Of a stretch of DNA of 64,000 nucleotides, positions 10,626 through 20,389 are shown piece by piece. The first letter of the stretch is position 1; every line of letters starts with the position of its first letter. The notes under the pieces were generated by a model, which saw nothing but the letters and a program-made list of their open reading frames with translations, had not been told where the DNA came from and made no database searches. The translations under genes and the position numbers were made by a program. The DNA is from an uncultured Spirochaetota bacterium (lineage in GTDB: Bacteria; Spirochaetota; Spirochaetia; SZUA-6; Fen-1364), in NCBI GenBank assembly GCA_963845535.1, contig CAWJSK010000001.1, positions 160,001 through 224,000 on the forward strand, written 5' to 3'.

Positions 10626-12460
10626 GCTTCACTTCCCCCGGGTGGCTGCTTTTCCTCCTTTTCGTGCCGCTGGTGGTCGTGCTTCACGCTCTCACCTTCC
10701 GGTGGCGCTCGATCTCTGCGTCGTCCCTCGTGTTCTGGACCGAAGTGATCCGGGAGCACAGGGCAGGCTTGCGAATCCGCCGAGTCCTCAGGAGCCTCGT
10801 CCTTCTCCTTCAGGTCCTTGCCATGACGGCGCTCGCGTTCGCCCTCGGCGGGCCGCTCATCTTCGGGCCCAGAAGCAGCGGATCACAGGACGTGATCCTT
10901 GTGCTGGATGCCACGGGGAGCATGCAGGCACGGGAAGGCGCGCGGACGCGATGGGACCTGGCGAGAGACCGCGGCCTGGCGCTCGCGTCCGGCCTGCGCG
11001 GCGGGGCGCGCATGGCGGTGGTGCTTGCGGAGAAGTCCCCCCGATTGCTTTCCCCGTTCGTCGCGGACAAGAACGCGTTGCGCCGGCTCATCGCTTCCGC
11101 GCGCGCCACCGATGAGCCCGGGGACGTGGCTTCCAGCATGATCTTTGGCATGTCTCTGCGCGACCCTCGCCGCGGAGGCCGCGTGGTGCTGGAAACCGAC
11201 GGGGCATTCGATGAGCTTCGCGGGGTGGACACGTCGCTTCCCTGGGTCACCGTGGACACGGTGGGGACTCGGCATGACAACGTGGGCATCACGGGGATGG
11301 CGTTCCGCCAAGGGTCGACAACGGGCGCAGGGTACCAGCTTTTCCTTTCGGTCTTGAACGCCGGAGGCACTGCCGCCATGGTGCCGCTTTCCATCCGCGC
11401 GGGCGGCAAGGACGTTGTGACCCGCACGCTGACGGTTGGGGCCGGCCAACGGAGCACGATGACAGTCCCGTGGCCGGGGCCGACCTCCGGAAGGGTGACG
11501 GCTTCCCTCCTGACGCATGATGCGCTGCCGCTCGATGACACGGCGTACGCAAGCTTTGCCCCTGCGCGCAACCTGCAGGTGCTCGTTGTCGGGTCCCAGC
11601 CGCGTTTCATCCAGCAGGCCTTTGCATCGCTTCCCGGCGTGACGGTGAGAATCCAGGATGCCCCTTCAGACGATGGTCCGCAGGCGGACGTGGTGGTCTA
11701 CGCCGGCGTTCAACCTCCGCTGCTTTCGAAAGGCAACTTCATCCTTTTCGATTCCGTGCCGCCGAATCTCCCGCTCCGCGTCAACGGGGTCCTTCGCGTT
11801 CCCGCGATCACGGGATGGAACAGGAGCGATCCGCTCCTGGACTCAGTTTCGCTTGCAGGGATTGCCATTGGCCAGGCCCTGGATCTCGACCCGGGTCCTG
11901 GCTTCACTGTTCTTGCTGCTTCCGGGAGATCGCCTCTCCTCTTGAGCTGGGACCACTCCGGAGTGAGAGCGCTCATGCTCGCCTTCGACCCGCGCTCGTC
12001 CGACTTCCCGCTTCGGCCGGCCTTCCCCATTTTGCTCGCCAATGCGCTTTCCTGGTTTTTCCCTGACTGGCTGGAGCCCCAGGCGGACGAGGTGCAGGCC
12101 GGTGATCCGCGCCTCATCTCCACGGGCGGGGTTGGCGTCGTGACGGTGCTGAAGCCTGACGGACGGCGCGTGGATCTTGCCGCCAACGGTCCATCGGTCA
12201 CGTTCTCCGACACGGATGAGACGGGCTTTTACAAGGTCGATGCCGGAGGGGAGTCAAGCGAGTTCGCCGTCAACCTCTCGAGCGATTCGGAAACGGATAT
12301 CTCACAACGGTTCACAGTACCCTCTTCGCGAACGGAAGTCGGGGAGCGGGCGCGCGTGCCGGTCCCGGTCTGGCCGGCGGTTGCCGCTGCGGCGCTGGCG
12401 CTTCTCCTCCTCGAATGGCTCGTGTGGCTGCGAAGGCCCGGGAGGTCACTCACGACATGA
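10622..12460 (+). CDS. BatA/VWA domain membrane protein
   Basis: BatA-like N-terminus (MSFTSPGWLLFL..., LLLQVLA), MIDAS-like LDATGSM, TDG, and C-terminal LLLLEW anchor. Confidence 0.88.
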   Translation: MSFTSPGWLLFLLFVPLVVVLHALTFRWRSISASSLVFWTEVIREHRAGLRIRRVLRSLVLLLQVLAMTALAFALGGPLIFGPRSSGSQDVILVLDATGSMQAREGARTRWDLARDRGLALASGLRGGARMAVVLAEKSPRLLSPFVADKNALRRLIASARATDEPGDVASSMIFGMSLRDPRRGGRVVLETDGAFDELRGVDTSLPWVTVDTVGTRHDNVGITGMAFRQGSTTGAGYQLFLSVLNAGGTAAMVPLSIRAGGKDVVTRTLTVGAGQRSTMTVPWPGPTSGRVTASLLTHDALPLDDTAYASFAPARNLQVLVVGSQPRFIQQAFASLPGVTVRIQDAPSDDGPQADVVVYAGVQPPLLSKGNFILFDSVPPNLPLRVNGVLRVPAITGWNRSDPLLDSVSLAGIAIGQALDLDPGPGFTVLAASGRSPLLLSWDHSGVRALMLAFDPRSSDFPLRPAFPILLANALSWFFPDWLEPQADEVQAGDPRLISTGGVGVVTVLKPDGRRVDLAANGPSVTFSDTDETGFYKVDAGGESSEFAVNLSSDSETDISQRFTVPSSRTEVGERARVPVPVWPAVAAAALALLLLEWLVWLRRPGRSLTT

Positions 12461-15246
12461 GCTTCCAGTCGCCGCTGTGGCTCATCGCCCTGGCCGCGCT
12501 TCCTCCGCTCGTGTTCCTCACGCTTCGGGATCTCCGCGGAGGGCTCTCCTTTCTCATTCTCCGTTCGGCCTCCATCCTTTTCCTCGTCCTCGGGCTTGCC
12601 GGATTCACGAGCGCGCTTCTCACGAACAGGTTGTCCGTAGTGTTCCTTCTCGATCAATCCCGCAGCGTGCCGGAAGCGGAGCGGCAAAAAGCGCTCCACC
12701 TCATCGAATCTATCCGCGGCAGCCTGCGCGGAGGGGACTCCGCGACGCTCGTGAGGTTCGGCGCGGAGGCCCGGACAGATGCCCTGGAGCCAGGAGTCGC
12801 GGCAGCGGCCGAAGGAGTCGAGGTGGACGCTGAGGCCACGAACATCGGGGCTGCCATCCAGGCCGGGCTCGCCCAGGGCGGCAGCGGCCCGGCCCCCCGC
12901 CTCGTGCTGCTGACGGACGGAAACGAGAACCGGGGGAACGCGACGTTGGCGGCGGGCGTGGCCCGCGCAATGGGCGCGCGCATTTTCCCCGTGCCGCTCG
13001 GGCTCGCGGCCAGGGGCGTCGAGGTGGCCGTTTCCGACCTGCAGGCGCCGGACACCGTCAGGGAGGGAGAGGCGCACGAGGTGACGGTGATGGTGAGAAG
13101 CCGCACCGCGGTCACGGCCAGGGTCACCCTCTTTCGAGACATGGCTCCGGTGGCAAGCCGGCTCATCCAGATCGCTCCTGGTGAAAACGCCGTTCAGTTC
13201 ACTGGCGATTTTCCGCAGCGCGGGCTCCATGCCTGGGACGCCGTGGTGGAGGCGCCGGGAGACTCCGTGGCCCAGAACAATCACAACCGCCGGCTGGTGC
13301 GGGTCAGCGGCCCGCCGCAAGTCCTGTACGTGTCCCGACCCGGAAAAGGCTCGCCCTCTTTCCTCTCCGCTTTGTCAACGCAGGGCATCTCGGTGGTGGC
13401 AGTGCCTCCCACCGGGCTGCCGGGAACGCTCGCCGGGTACCTGCCCTTTGACGCCGTGATCCTGGACAATGTCCCCGGCTACGGCATTGCCACGGAAAAG
13501 ATGGAGATCATTGCCCAGTACGTTCGGGACGTGGGCGGCGGTCTCCTCATGGCGGGAGGAGACGCGAGCTTCGGCAATGGCGGCTACTACAAGACGCCCA
13601 TTGAACGGGTCCTGCCGGTCGACATGGACGCAAAGTCTGAAGTGCAGGTCCCGGGTCTTTCCCTCCTCATTGTGATGGACAAGTCAGGGAGCATGGGCGT
13701 GAGGGTGCCCACGGGAGAGACCAAGCTCGACGTTGTGAAGAGCGCCGCGCTCTCCGCAATCGAAACCCTCAACCCGTTCGACCGCGTCGGGGTGATCGCG
13801 TTCGATGCGGACTGGCTGTGGGCCGTGCCGCTCCAGAGCGCGGGCGACATCCAGAAGATCACCTCGGACCTCGCCACGCTCAGCGCGGACGGCGGCACGG
13901 TGATGTACCCGGCTCTGGAGGAGGCTGACCGCGTCCTGTCGGCCTCTTCCTCCCCGCTTCGCCACGTGATCCTCCTCACGGATGGTCTCACCGACGCCGC
14001 GGACTTCAGGGCGCTGGTGACGCGCATGGCGCGCCACCACATCACGGTGTCCACGGTGGCCGTGGGTGAGGACGCGGACGCGGGTCTGCTGGCGGCCATT
14101 GCCCGCTGGGGAGGCGGCCGCGCCTATGTGACAAGCGACCCGAGCGACGTTCCCCGGATTTTCCTGACCGACACGCGGCTCTCAAGCCGCGGGCTCATCG
14201 TGGAGAAGAGCTTTTTCCCGCGCGAGGTCTCGGCGGCTGAGATGACCCGGGGGCTCTCCCTGGCCGCGGTCCCCGCGCTCCAAGGTTTCGAGCTTACCTA
14301 CATGAAGTCTGGCGCCGAGCAGGTGTTCTCCGCGATGTTTGACGCCCCGCTGCTTGCAGTATGGAGGTACGGACTTGGTCGAACGGCCGCGTTCACCTCG
14401 GACTTCGGCGGGCGCTGGAGCCGGGACTGGCTTTCGTGGAGCGAGTTCCCAAGGTTCGTCTCCCAGCTCGTCCGATGGATCGAGAGGCCGTCGGACTCTC
14501 CCCTGCTGCATCCTCGGATGGAGATCACTCGCGGCCGGGCCACCCTGAGTGTTGACGCCTATGATCCGCTGGGCGGGTTCGTGAACGGGCTGGAGGTGAA
14601 AGGGATCCTCATTCAGCCCGGCGGTGCGCGCTCCGAGGTGAGCGTGCCGCAGACGGCCCCAGGACTGTACGAGGCTTCCTTCCCCGCAGAAGAAGTCGGG
14701 GACTACACGCTCACCCTCGCGGCGCGCTCAGGAGACGTCGAGCTTTCCCCGCTCACCGTGGGAACAAGCGTCGCATACTCGGAGGAGTACGCGCTGCAAG
14801 GTCCCAACCGGGATCTGCTGGACCGTCTGGCTTCGGAGACGGGCGGCCGCGTCATCTCTTCCCTCGATGATGCGGCCGGCCTTGCGGCGCTCCTTCGTCG
14901 CGAGGCCGGACCCTCCGCTGCGGGCAACGAGGCCTGGCGTTTCTTCCTCCTTGCCGCTGTCGTCCTGTTCTTTGCCGATATTGCGTCACGCCGCCTCGGT
15001 GCCCTTCGCGAGCTGCTTGGCCGGGTGTTTGCCCGCGTTCGCTCCCTTCGTGGGAAGCCAGCGCTTTCCTCCGACGAGCTTGCCGGCCTCGTTGCCCGCG
15101 TCCGCGACGAGGAGCGCGCCAGGACCAAGAAGAGGCTTTCCGGAATTGCGCGGGAGGGAAAGCTGGACTCGGAGCTTGCCCCCTACCTCTATCTGGCACG
15201 CCTGCGCAGCAGTCGCGCGGCGCAAGACGAGCACAAAAAAGGGTAG
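12457..15246 (+). CDS. Double-VWA plus GATase1-like domain membrane protein
   Basis: MIDAS motifs LDQSRSV...LTDGNEN and MDKSGSM...LLTDG; YVRDVGGGLLMAGG..SFG.GGY..TPIE.VLPV; WRYGLGRTAAFTSD. Confidence 0.88.
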   Translation: MSFQSPLWLIALAALPPLVFLTLRDLRGGLSFLILRSASILFLVLGLAGFTSALLTNRLSVVFLLDQSRSVPEAERQKALHLIESIRGSLRGGDSATLVRFGAEARTDALEPGVAAAAEGVEVDAEATNIGAAIQAGLAQGGSGPAPRLVLLTDGNENRGNATLAAGVARAMGARIFPVPLGLAARGVEVAVSDLQAPDTVREGEAHEVTVMVRSRTAVTARVTLFRDMAPVASRLIQIAPGENAVQFTGDFPQRGLHAWDAVVEAPGDSVAQNNHNRRLVRVSGPPQVLYVSRPGKGSPSFLSALSTQGISVVAVPPTGLPGTLAGYLPFDAVILDNVPGYGIATEKMEIIAQYVRDVGGGLLMAGGDASFGNGGYYKTPIERVLPVDMDAKSEVQVPGLSLLIVMDKSGSMGVRVPTGETKLDVVKSAALSAIETLNPFDRVGVIAFDADWLWAVPLQSAGDIQKITSDLATLSADGGTVMYPALEEADRVLSASSSPLRHVILLTDGLTDAADFRALVTRMARHHITVSTVAVGEDADAGLLAAIARWGGGRAYVTSDPSDVPRIFLTDTRLSSRGLIVEKSFFPREVSAAEMTRGLSLAAVPALQGFELTYMKSGAEQVFSAMFDAPLLAVWRYGLGRTAAFTSDFGGRWSRDWLSWSEFPRFVSQLVRWIERPSDSPLLHPRMEITRGRATLSVDAYDPLGGFVNGLEVKGILIQPGGARSEVSVPQTAPGLYEASFPAEEVGDYTLTLAARSGDVELSPLTVGTSVAYSEEYALQGPNRDLLDRLASETGGRVISSLDDAAGLAALLRREAGPSAAGNEAWRFFLLAAVVLFFADIASRRLGALRELLGRVFARVRSLRGKPALSSDELAGLVARVRDEERARTKKRLSGIAREGKLDSELAPYLYLARLRSSRAAQDEHKKG

Positions 15247-15345
15247 GGCATGCATGATGGCGCGGGCGGCCGCCGGCGCGGCGCGCTCCTGACGCACGGC
15301 GCGGCCGGCCCAGCGTGGCCTTTGTTTCGGACACAAACACCGCAT

Positions 15346-15398
15346 ACCTATAGAAAAACGCGTGGATTGTCCAAAAACTTGCACTTCTCGCTTTTTCT
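15346..15398. repeat. Dispersed hairpin repeat, copy 1 (copy 2 at 42563..42622)
   Basis: TTGTCCAAAAACTTGCACTTCTCGC at 15367..15391 is identical to 42584..42608; flanked by imperfect inverted arms AGAAAAACGCG / CGCTTTTTCT. Confidence 0.85.
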
Positions 15399-15503
15399 CA
15401 ATGCTCGGGTGTGGAGCGTGCGGCTCGGGGGCGGTGGGCGCGCGCGGGGTGGCGTAGCTTGCCGAACGCCGCTGCCGGCCGTAGTATCGGCTGAGGAGTC
15501 GGC

Positions 15504-17258
15504 ATGCCTGCAATTCCCAATTTCGTTCTGAAGCGGTTGTACGTGAAGGGGAGCCTCGTCAACACGCCGGACGGATGCGAGATTCAGCTTCGCAATTTCG
15601 TGGGATCGGGGACTCTGACGGGGCTGCTCTCCGTTGACGTCGACGGGAAGACCTTCCCCACCGACGCTCTCTCCGTTGCGCTCCCCGACGGCGGGATCAG
15701 GTCCGGGGAGAGCGTCATCCCAACGGCGCCGCTCGTGCTGGCTTCTGGAGTTGCCGTCGCCATACGTCTTCATGGCGCGCGATTGGAGGCGGGAAACCAC
15801 GCGCTGAAGGTCCGAATCCTCACGGGAGAAATGGGACGGCTGGACATCGCTTTGTCGGATGCGGTTCGGGAGAAACCAGCGGCCGCGCAGGCGGACACTC
15901 CGCGGGCCGCCGCCGCGCAAGCCGCATCCCCCGCGGGCGCTATTTCCCGGCCGCTGAAAGTCGCCATCATCGGCGCCGGCAGCGCAGTGTTTGCCCGGCA
16001 GCTCATGGCCGACATTGTGAGCTCCCCGGGTCTCGCTTCGGGCACTTTTGCGCTGGTCGACATCGACGCGGAACGTCTTGACCTGGCGAAACGCGTTGGT
16101 GAGAAGATGGCGAGCGTCTCAGGGCGAGACTGGCGGGTGGAGGCGACCCGCGACAGGCGGGCGGCGCTCGCCGGATGTGACTACGTCATCAATTCCATCG
16201 AAGTGGCAGGGTTGCGGAACGTAAGGAATGACTACGACATCCCGCTGAGGTACGGAGTCGACCAGTGCATTGGCGACACAATCGGCCCGGGCGGCATTTT
16301 CAAAATGCTGCGCACGGGCCCGACCTGGCTTGAAATCCTCCGTGACATCGAGCGGCTGTGCCCGCGGGCAGTGGTCATGAACTACACAAACCCGATGTCC
16401 GCCCTCACGCTGCTCGCCTTGCGCGCAACGCCCCTGAAGGTGGTGGGGCTCTGTCATTCAGTGCAGGGCACCTCCCAACAGCTTGCTGATTACCTCGACC
16501 TCCCCTGGTGTGAGCTGCGCTTTCGCTGCGCGGGAATCAACCACCTGGCGTGGTTCACCGAGCTCACGCATGAAGGACGGGACATGTACCCACGGCTTCG
16601 GGAGCGTATGGCCGACCCGGAGGTCTATGACGCCGACCCTGTCCGCTTCGAGATGATGAAGCATTTCGGCGCGTTCTGCACCGAATCCAGCGGCCACATG
16701 TCCGAGTACCTTCCTTATTTCAGAAAGAGGCCGGCGCTCATCGAGAGGTACACGCGGGGCGGGTATCGCGGTGAAAGCGGCTTTTACGCGAACAACTGGC
16801 CCGCGTGGCGGGCCGCTGGTGACGACTCCATCAGGGAGCTCCTGGACGGCAGGTCTCCTCTTTCCCTTCAGCGCAGCGAAGAGTACGCCTCCACGATCAT
16901 AGAGGCGGTCGAATGCGGCCGGCCCGCCGTGATCCACGGCAATGTGCTGAACGCGGGCCTTATCGACAACCTTCCCGGGGACGGCTGTGTGGAGGTGCCC
17001 GTGCTCGCGGACAGCTCCGGGCTGAGCCCCGTCCACTTCGGACCCCTTCCGGCGCAGCTTGCGGCGCTCGACCGGGCGCATATGGCGGTGCACGGGCTCA
17101 TGGTGGATGCCGTGCTGGGCCGTGATCTGGATGCCGCGCGCATGGCGCTGCTCCTGGATCCGCTCACGGCAGCGGTGTGCAGTCCGGAGGAAATCACGGC
17201 AATGTTCGAGGAGATGGTCCGCGCAGAACGCGCGGATCTTGGATACTTTGGCGTGTGA
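15504..17258 (+). CDS. Family 4 glycoside hydrolase (NAD-dependent alpha-galactosidase/glucosidase, MelA-like) with an extra ~120-aa N-terminal domain
   Basis: IIGAGS, GDTIGPGG, NYTNP, GLCHS, GINHLAW and GLIDNLP...VEVP, preceded by an Ala-rich linker and a beta-rich domain. Confidence 0.9.
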   Translation: MPAIPNFVLKRLYVKGSLVNTPDGCEIQLRNFVGSGTLTGLLSVDVDGKTFPTDALSVALPDGGIRSGESVIPTAPLVLASGVAVAIRLHGARLEAGNHALKVRILTGEMGRLDIALSDAVREKPAAAQADTPRAAAAQAASPAGAISRPLKVAIIGAGSAVFARQLMADIVSSPGLASGTFALVDIDAERLDLAKRVGEKMASVSGRDWRVEATRDRRAALAGCDYVINSIEVAGLRNVRNDYDIPLRYGVDQCIGDTIGPGGIFKMLRTGPTWLEILRDIERLCPRAVVMNYTNPMSALTLLALRATPLKVVGLCHSVQGTSQQLADYLDLPWCELRFRCAGINHLAWFTELTHEGRDMYPRLRERMADPEVYDADPVRFEMMKHFGAFCTESSGHMSEYLPYFRKRPALIERYTRGGYRGESGFYANNWPAWRAAGDDSIRELLDGRSPLSLQRSEEYASTIIEAVECGRPAVIHGNVLNAGLIDNLPGDGCVEVPVLADSSGLSPVHFGPLPAQLAALDRAHMAVHGLMVDAVLGRDLDAARMALLLDPLTAAVCSPEEITAMFEEMVRAERADLGYFGV

Positions 17259-17269
17259 GGTGGCACGAA

Positions 17270-17764
17270 ATGAAGGATGGAATCCTGGGGTCCCGTTCTG
17301 TTGTCCAAATCGGGCTGCTCGTAAGCGACATCGAGTCGGCCGCGCAGGCCTACGCGGACTTTCTGGGAGTGGAGAAACCCTCCATCACCCTCACCGACGA
17401 GTATGAGAAAGCGCGGGTCAGGTTCAAAGGGAAGCCCACGAAGGCGCGGGCGCGGCTCGCATTTTTCGACGTCGGGCCATCGCTGCAACTTGAGCTGATC
17501 CAGCCGGACGGCGAACCGAGCACATGGCGGGAGGACCTCAGTCGAAAAGGGGAGGGGTTCCATCACATCGCTTTTCGGATCAAGGGCATGGGAGGAAAAA
17601 TCGAAGCCCTTGGAAAGATGGGCCTGCCGCTGGTGCAGACAGGTGAGTACACGGGGGGCCGCTACGCCTACCTGGATGGGTCCAAGGATCTCAAGCTCAC
17701 GATCGAGCTGCTCGAAGATGATTGCGTTGCACGATTGCCAGCCGGTGGTGAAGAATTGGTTTGA
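17270..17764 (+). CDS. VOC/glyoxalase family protein (methylmalonyl-CoA epimerase-like)
   Basis: VVQIGLLVSDIE, QLELIQP...STW, GEGFHHIAF, YAYLD...IELLE. Confidence 0.85.
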   Translation: MKDGILGSRSVVQIGLLVSDIESAAQAYADFLGVEKPSITLTDEYEKARVRFKGKPTKARARLAFFDVGPSLQLELIQPDGEPSTWREDLSRKGEGFHHIAFRIKGMGGKIEALGKMGLPLVQTGEYTGGRYAYLDGSKDLKLTIELLEDDCVARLPAGGEELV

Positions 17765-17787
17765 CTGAAAGAAGGAAAGGGGCGCAA

Positions 17788-18777
17788 ATGCGGACCATTG
17801 CAATCGAAGAACATTTCTCAACCCCGATTCCACGCTCTGCCGCCCCGGATACGACCTCGGGCGGAACGACGGACCAGTACATGGTGGAGGTGGGCAGAAA
17901 GCTCGCCGACGTGGGAGAAGGCAGGCTCGCCGACATGAATGCCGCAGGGATCGATGTCCAGGTGTTGTCATTGTCTGCCGTCGAAGGGCCCGGGAGAGCG
18001 GAGTCCGGCTCCGCCACCGCGCGGGCGCGTGATGCCAACGACTTCCTTGCGGATACGGTGAGCCGCCACCCGGCGCGTTACGCCGGATTCGCGACCCTCG
18101 CCCTCGAAGATCCTGAAAGCGCCGCCGCCGAGCTGCAGCGCTGTGTCGGGAAGCTTGGTTTTGTCGGCGCCATGCTCGACGGGACTTTTGACGGTCAATT
18201 CCTCGACAACCAGCGATTCCAGCCGGTGCTTGCCGAGGCCGAAAGGCTTGGCGTCCCTCTGTATCTTCACCCGGCCCCGCCACCGGCCGCGGTTTATGAC
18301 GCCTACTACAGCGGCCTGCCTGATGCCGTTGCGTATTCCCTGTCCATCGCCGGCTGGGGATGGCACGCCGAAATGGGTCTCCACAGCCTCAGGCTGGTTG
18401 TGGCGGGAGTGTTCGACCGTTTCCCGAAGCTGCAGGTCATCATCGGACATATGGGAGAGTTCATTCCGTATTGCCTTGCCCGGTCCGACCTTCTCCTGAG
18501 CCGCGCGGCTTCCCACCTTCAGCGTCGCGTGAGCGACTATTTTCGGACGAACTTCCATCTCACGACGAGCGGATATTTCACCATCCCGCCCCTGCTGTGC
18601 GCGCTCATGGTTTTCGGCCCCGAGCGCATCCTGTTTGCGGTCGATTATCCCTACAGCCCGAATGCATCCGGCAGGCTCTTCCTCAATACCGCGCCGATAA
18701 GCCCGTCGGCTCTGGAGATGATTTCTCACGGGAACGCGGAGCGTCTCTTGAAGCTTCCAGGGCCGCCCGGAAAGTGA
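17788..18777 (+). CDS. Amidohydrolase_2 family protein (aromatic-acid decarboxylase / ACMSD-like)
   Basis: IAIEEH, PLYLHP, GVFDRFPKLQVIIGHMGE, RILFAVDYPY. Confidence 0.88.
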   Translation: MRTIAIEEHFSTPIPRSAAPDTTSGGTTDQYMVEVGRKLADVGEGRLADMNAAGIDVQVLSLSAVEGPGRAESGSATARARDANDFLADTVSRHPARYAGFATLALEDPESAAAELQRCVGKLGFVGAMLDGTFDGQFLDNQRFQPVLAEAERLGVPLYLHPAPPPAAVYDAYYSGLPDAVAYSLSIAGWGWHAEMGLHSLRLVVAGVFDRFPKLQVIIGHMGEFIPYCLARSDLLLSRAASHLQRRVSDYFRTNFHLTTSGYFTIPPLLCALMVFGPERILFAVDYPYSPNASGRLFLNTAPISPSALEMISHGNAERLLKLPGPPGK

Positions 18778-18817
18778 CGGCCTGCCTCTGGTGCCGTCTG
18801 TCACAGACGTGGCCGGC

Positions 18818-18910
18818 TCAGGGGGCTATTTCGCGGATGCGGTTGTTGCTCGAATCTCCGATGTAAACGAAGCCGGTAGAGTCGACCCCAATGCCATGCT
18901 GCCGGGTCAT
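18818..18910 (-). pseudogene. Isolated C-terminal NHL-repeat remnant
   Basis: HGIGVDSTGFVYIGDSSNNRIREI followed by a stop is one canonical-looking NHL repeat, with no room for a propeller before the MATE gene. Confidence 0.55.
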
Positions 18911-19003
18911 GCTGCCGGGAGCCAGCACAGTCGCGGCCTGGTTTAGGGCATATGTGTTTCCATCAAAGGAGGACTGGACGTCAACGCGCCAGGTCCCTAC
19001 CTT

Positions 19004-20389
19004 ATGCCCATCACGCCCATGATGACCGATGACAGAACCCAGATCTCTCTTTTGCGGCTCGCGTGGCCCATCTTCGTGGAGAACCTGCTGCGCACGTCGC
19101 TCATGAGCGTGGACACCTTCATGCTGAGCCGCTACTCGGAAAGCGCGGTTGCAGCAATGAGTATTGTCAACAATTTGGCTTTCTTCATCCAACTCTTGTA
19201 CCTAATGGCTTCCATTGGCGCAAGCATCCTGATTTCCCAGAACCTTGGCGCAGGCAACAGGCGCCAGGCCGGCCTCCTGGGCGTGGGGAGCATGTCACTG
19301 ATTGTCGCCGTGTCCGTCGCCGTGTCGGCGGCCGTTGCGCTCCTGGCGGGGCCGGTGCTCGATCTCTACCACCTGGATCCGGATGTAGCCTTGTACGGCA
19401 GGCAGTTTCTCGTAATCTACGGTGGGCTCTCTTTTTTCATGGCGTTCAACATCGGCCAGGCGAGCATCCTGCGCGCCTGGGGACACCCCGGAGATCCCAT
19501 GATCGTGAACGTCATCGCCCTTGTCCTCACCGTGGCGGGGGACGCGCTGTGCCTGTTCGGCCTGTTTGGGTTCCCCGTTCTTGGCGTTATCGGGGTGGCC
19601 TCGTCCACCGTGGCGAGCCAGGTCGTGGCCTGCATTCTGTATGCGTTCATCATCCGCAGTCGGACGGAGATCGAGCTGCCGCTCTCCCGCATGACGCGCA
19701 TACCGGCATCGATCTACAAGTCCGTTCTGGCAGTCGGCGTGCCGACGGCAGGGGAGAATATATCCTACAATGTCTCCCAGATCGTGATAATGTCGATCGT
19801 GGCCCGCATGGGCACGGACGCGTTGGCGACGTTCGGGATCTTGATAGCCATCCTGCGTTACGTTTTCATGCCTGGGATCTCCATCGGTACGGCGGGGCAG
19901 ATCAAGGTCGGGTATTTCGTCGGCGTGGGGAGACAGGCGCTGGCGGAGGGGCGAGTGTACATCTACTTCATTATCGGATTCCTGACCTCGCTCGTCACCA
20001 TCCTCATCATCAACTTTTTCAAATGGCCCCTGCTCGGCCTTTTCTCATCCAATCCGAAGCTTGTCGGCCTCGCCGCCACCGTTCTCCTCGTTTCGATCAT
20101 TCACGAGCCGGGCAGGAACTTCAATACGATCATCAATCCCGCCCTGAAAGGGGCCGGAGATATCTATTTCCCGGTGCTCGTGGGGCTTGTGGGCATGTGG
20201 TGCTTCGGGACCTTCGGGGCCTGGCTCCTGGGCGTGCGCCTGGGGCTGGGCTTGATCGGGGTGTGGATCGCCATGGCATCCGACGAGTGGACGCGAGGGA
20301 TCGTCAATCTCATTCGGTGGCGCTCGGGCGCCTGGAAAGACAAGGCGTTTGTCCAGGCGCCCGAACCAACGGTGGCCGCCGGGTTCTGA
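19004..20389 (+). CDS. MATE family efflux transporter
   Basis: LAWPIFVENLL...VDTFMLS, ISQNLGAG, GVIGVASSTVASQ, ALKGAGD, GLIGVWIAM..DEW.RG; about 12 TM. Start could also be 19019 or 19022. Confidence 0.92.
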   Translation: MPITPMMTDDRTQISLLRLAWPIFVENLLRTSLMSVDTFMLSRYSESAVAAMSIVNNLAFFIQLLYLMASIGASILISQNLGAGNRRQAGLLGVGSMSLIVAVSVAVSAAVALLAGPVLDLYHLDPDVALYGRQFLVIYGGLSFFMAFNIGQASILRAWGHPGDPMIVNVIALVLTVAGDALCLFGLFGFPVLGVIGVASSTVASQVVACILYAFIIRSRTEIELPLSRMTRIPASIYKSVLAVGVPTAGENISYNVSQIVIMSIVARMGTDALATFGILIAILRYVFMPGISIGTAGQIKVGYFVGVGRQALAEGRVYIYFIIGFLTSLVTILIINFFKWPLLGLFSSNPKLVGLAATVLLVSIIHEPGRNFNTIINPALKGAGDIYFPVLVGLVGMWCFGTFGAWLLGVRLGLGLIGVWIAMASDEWTRGIVNLIRWRSGAWKDKAFVQAPEPTVAAGF

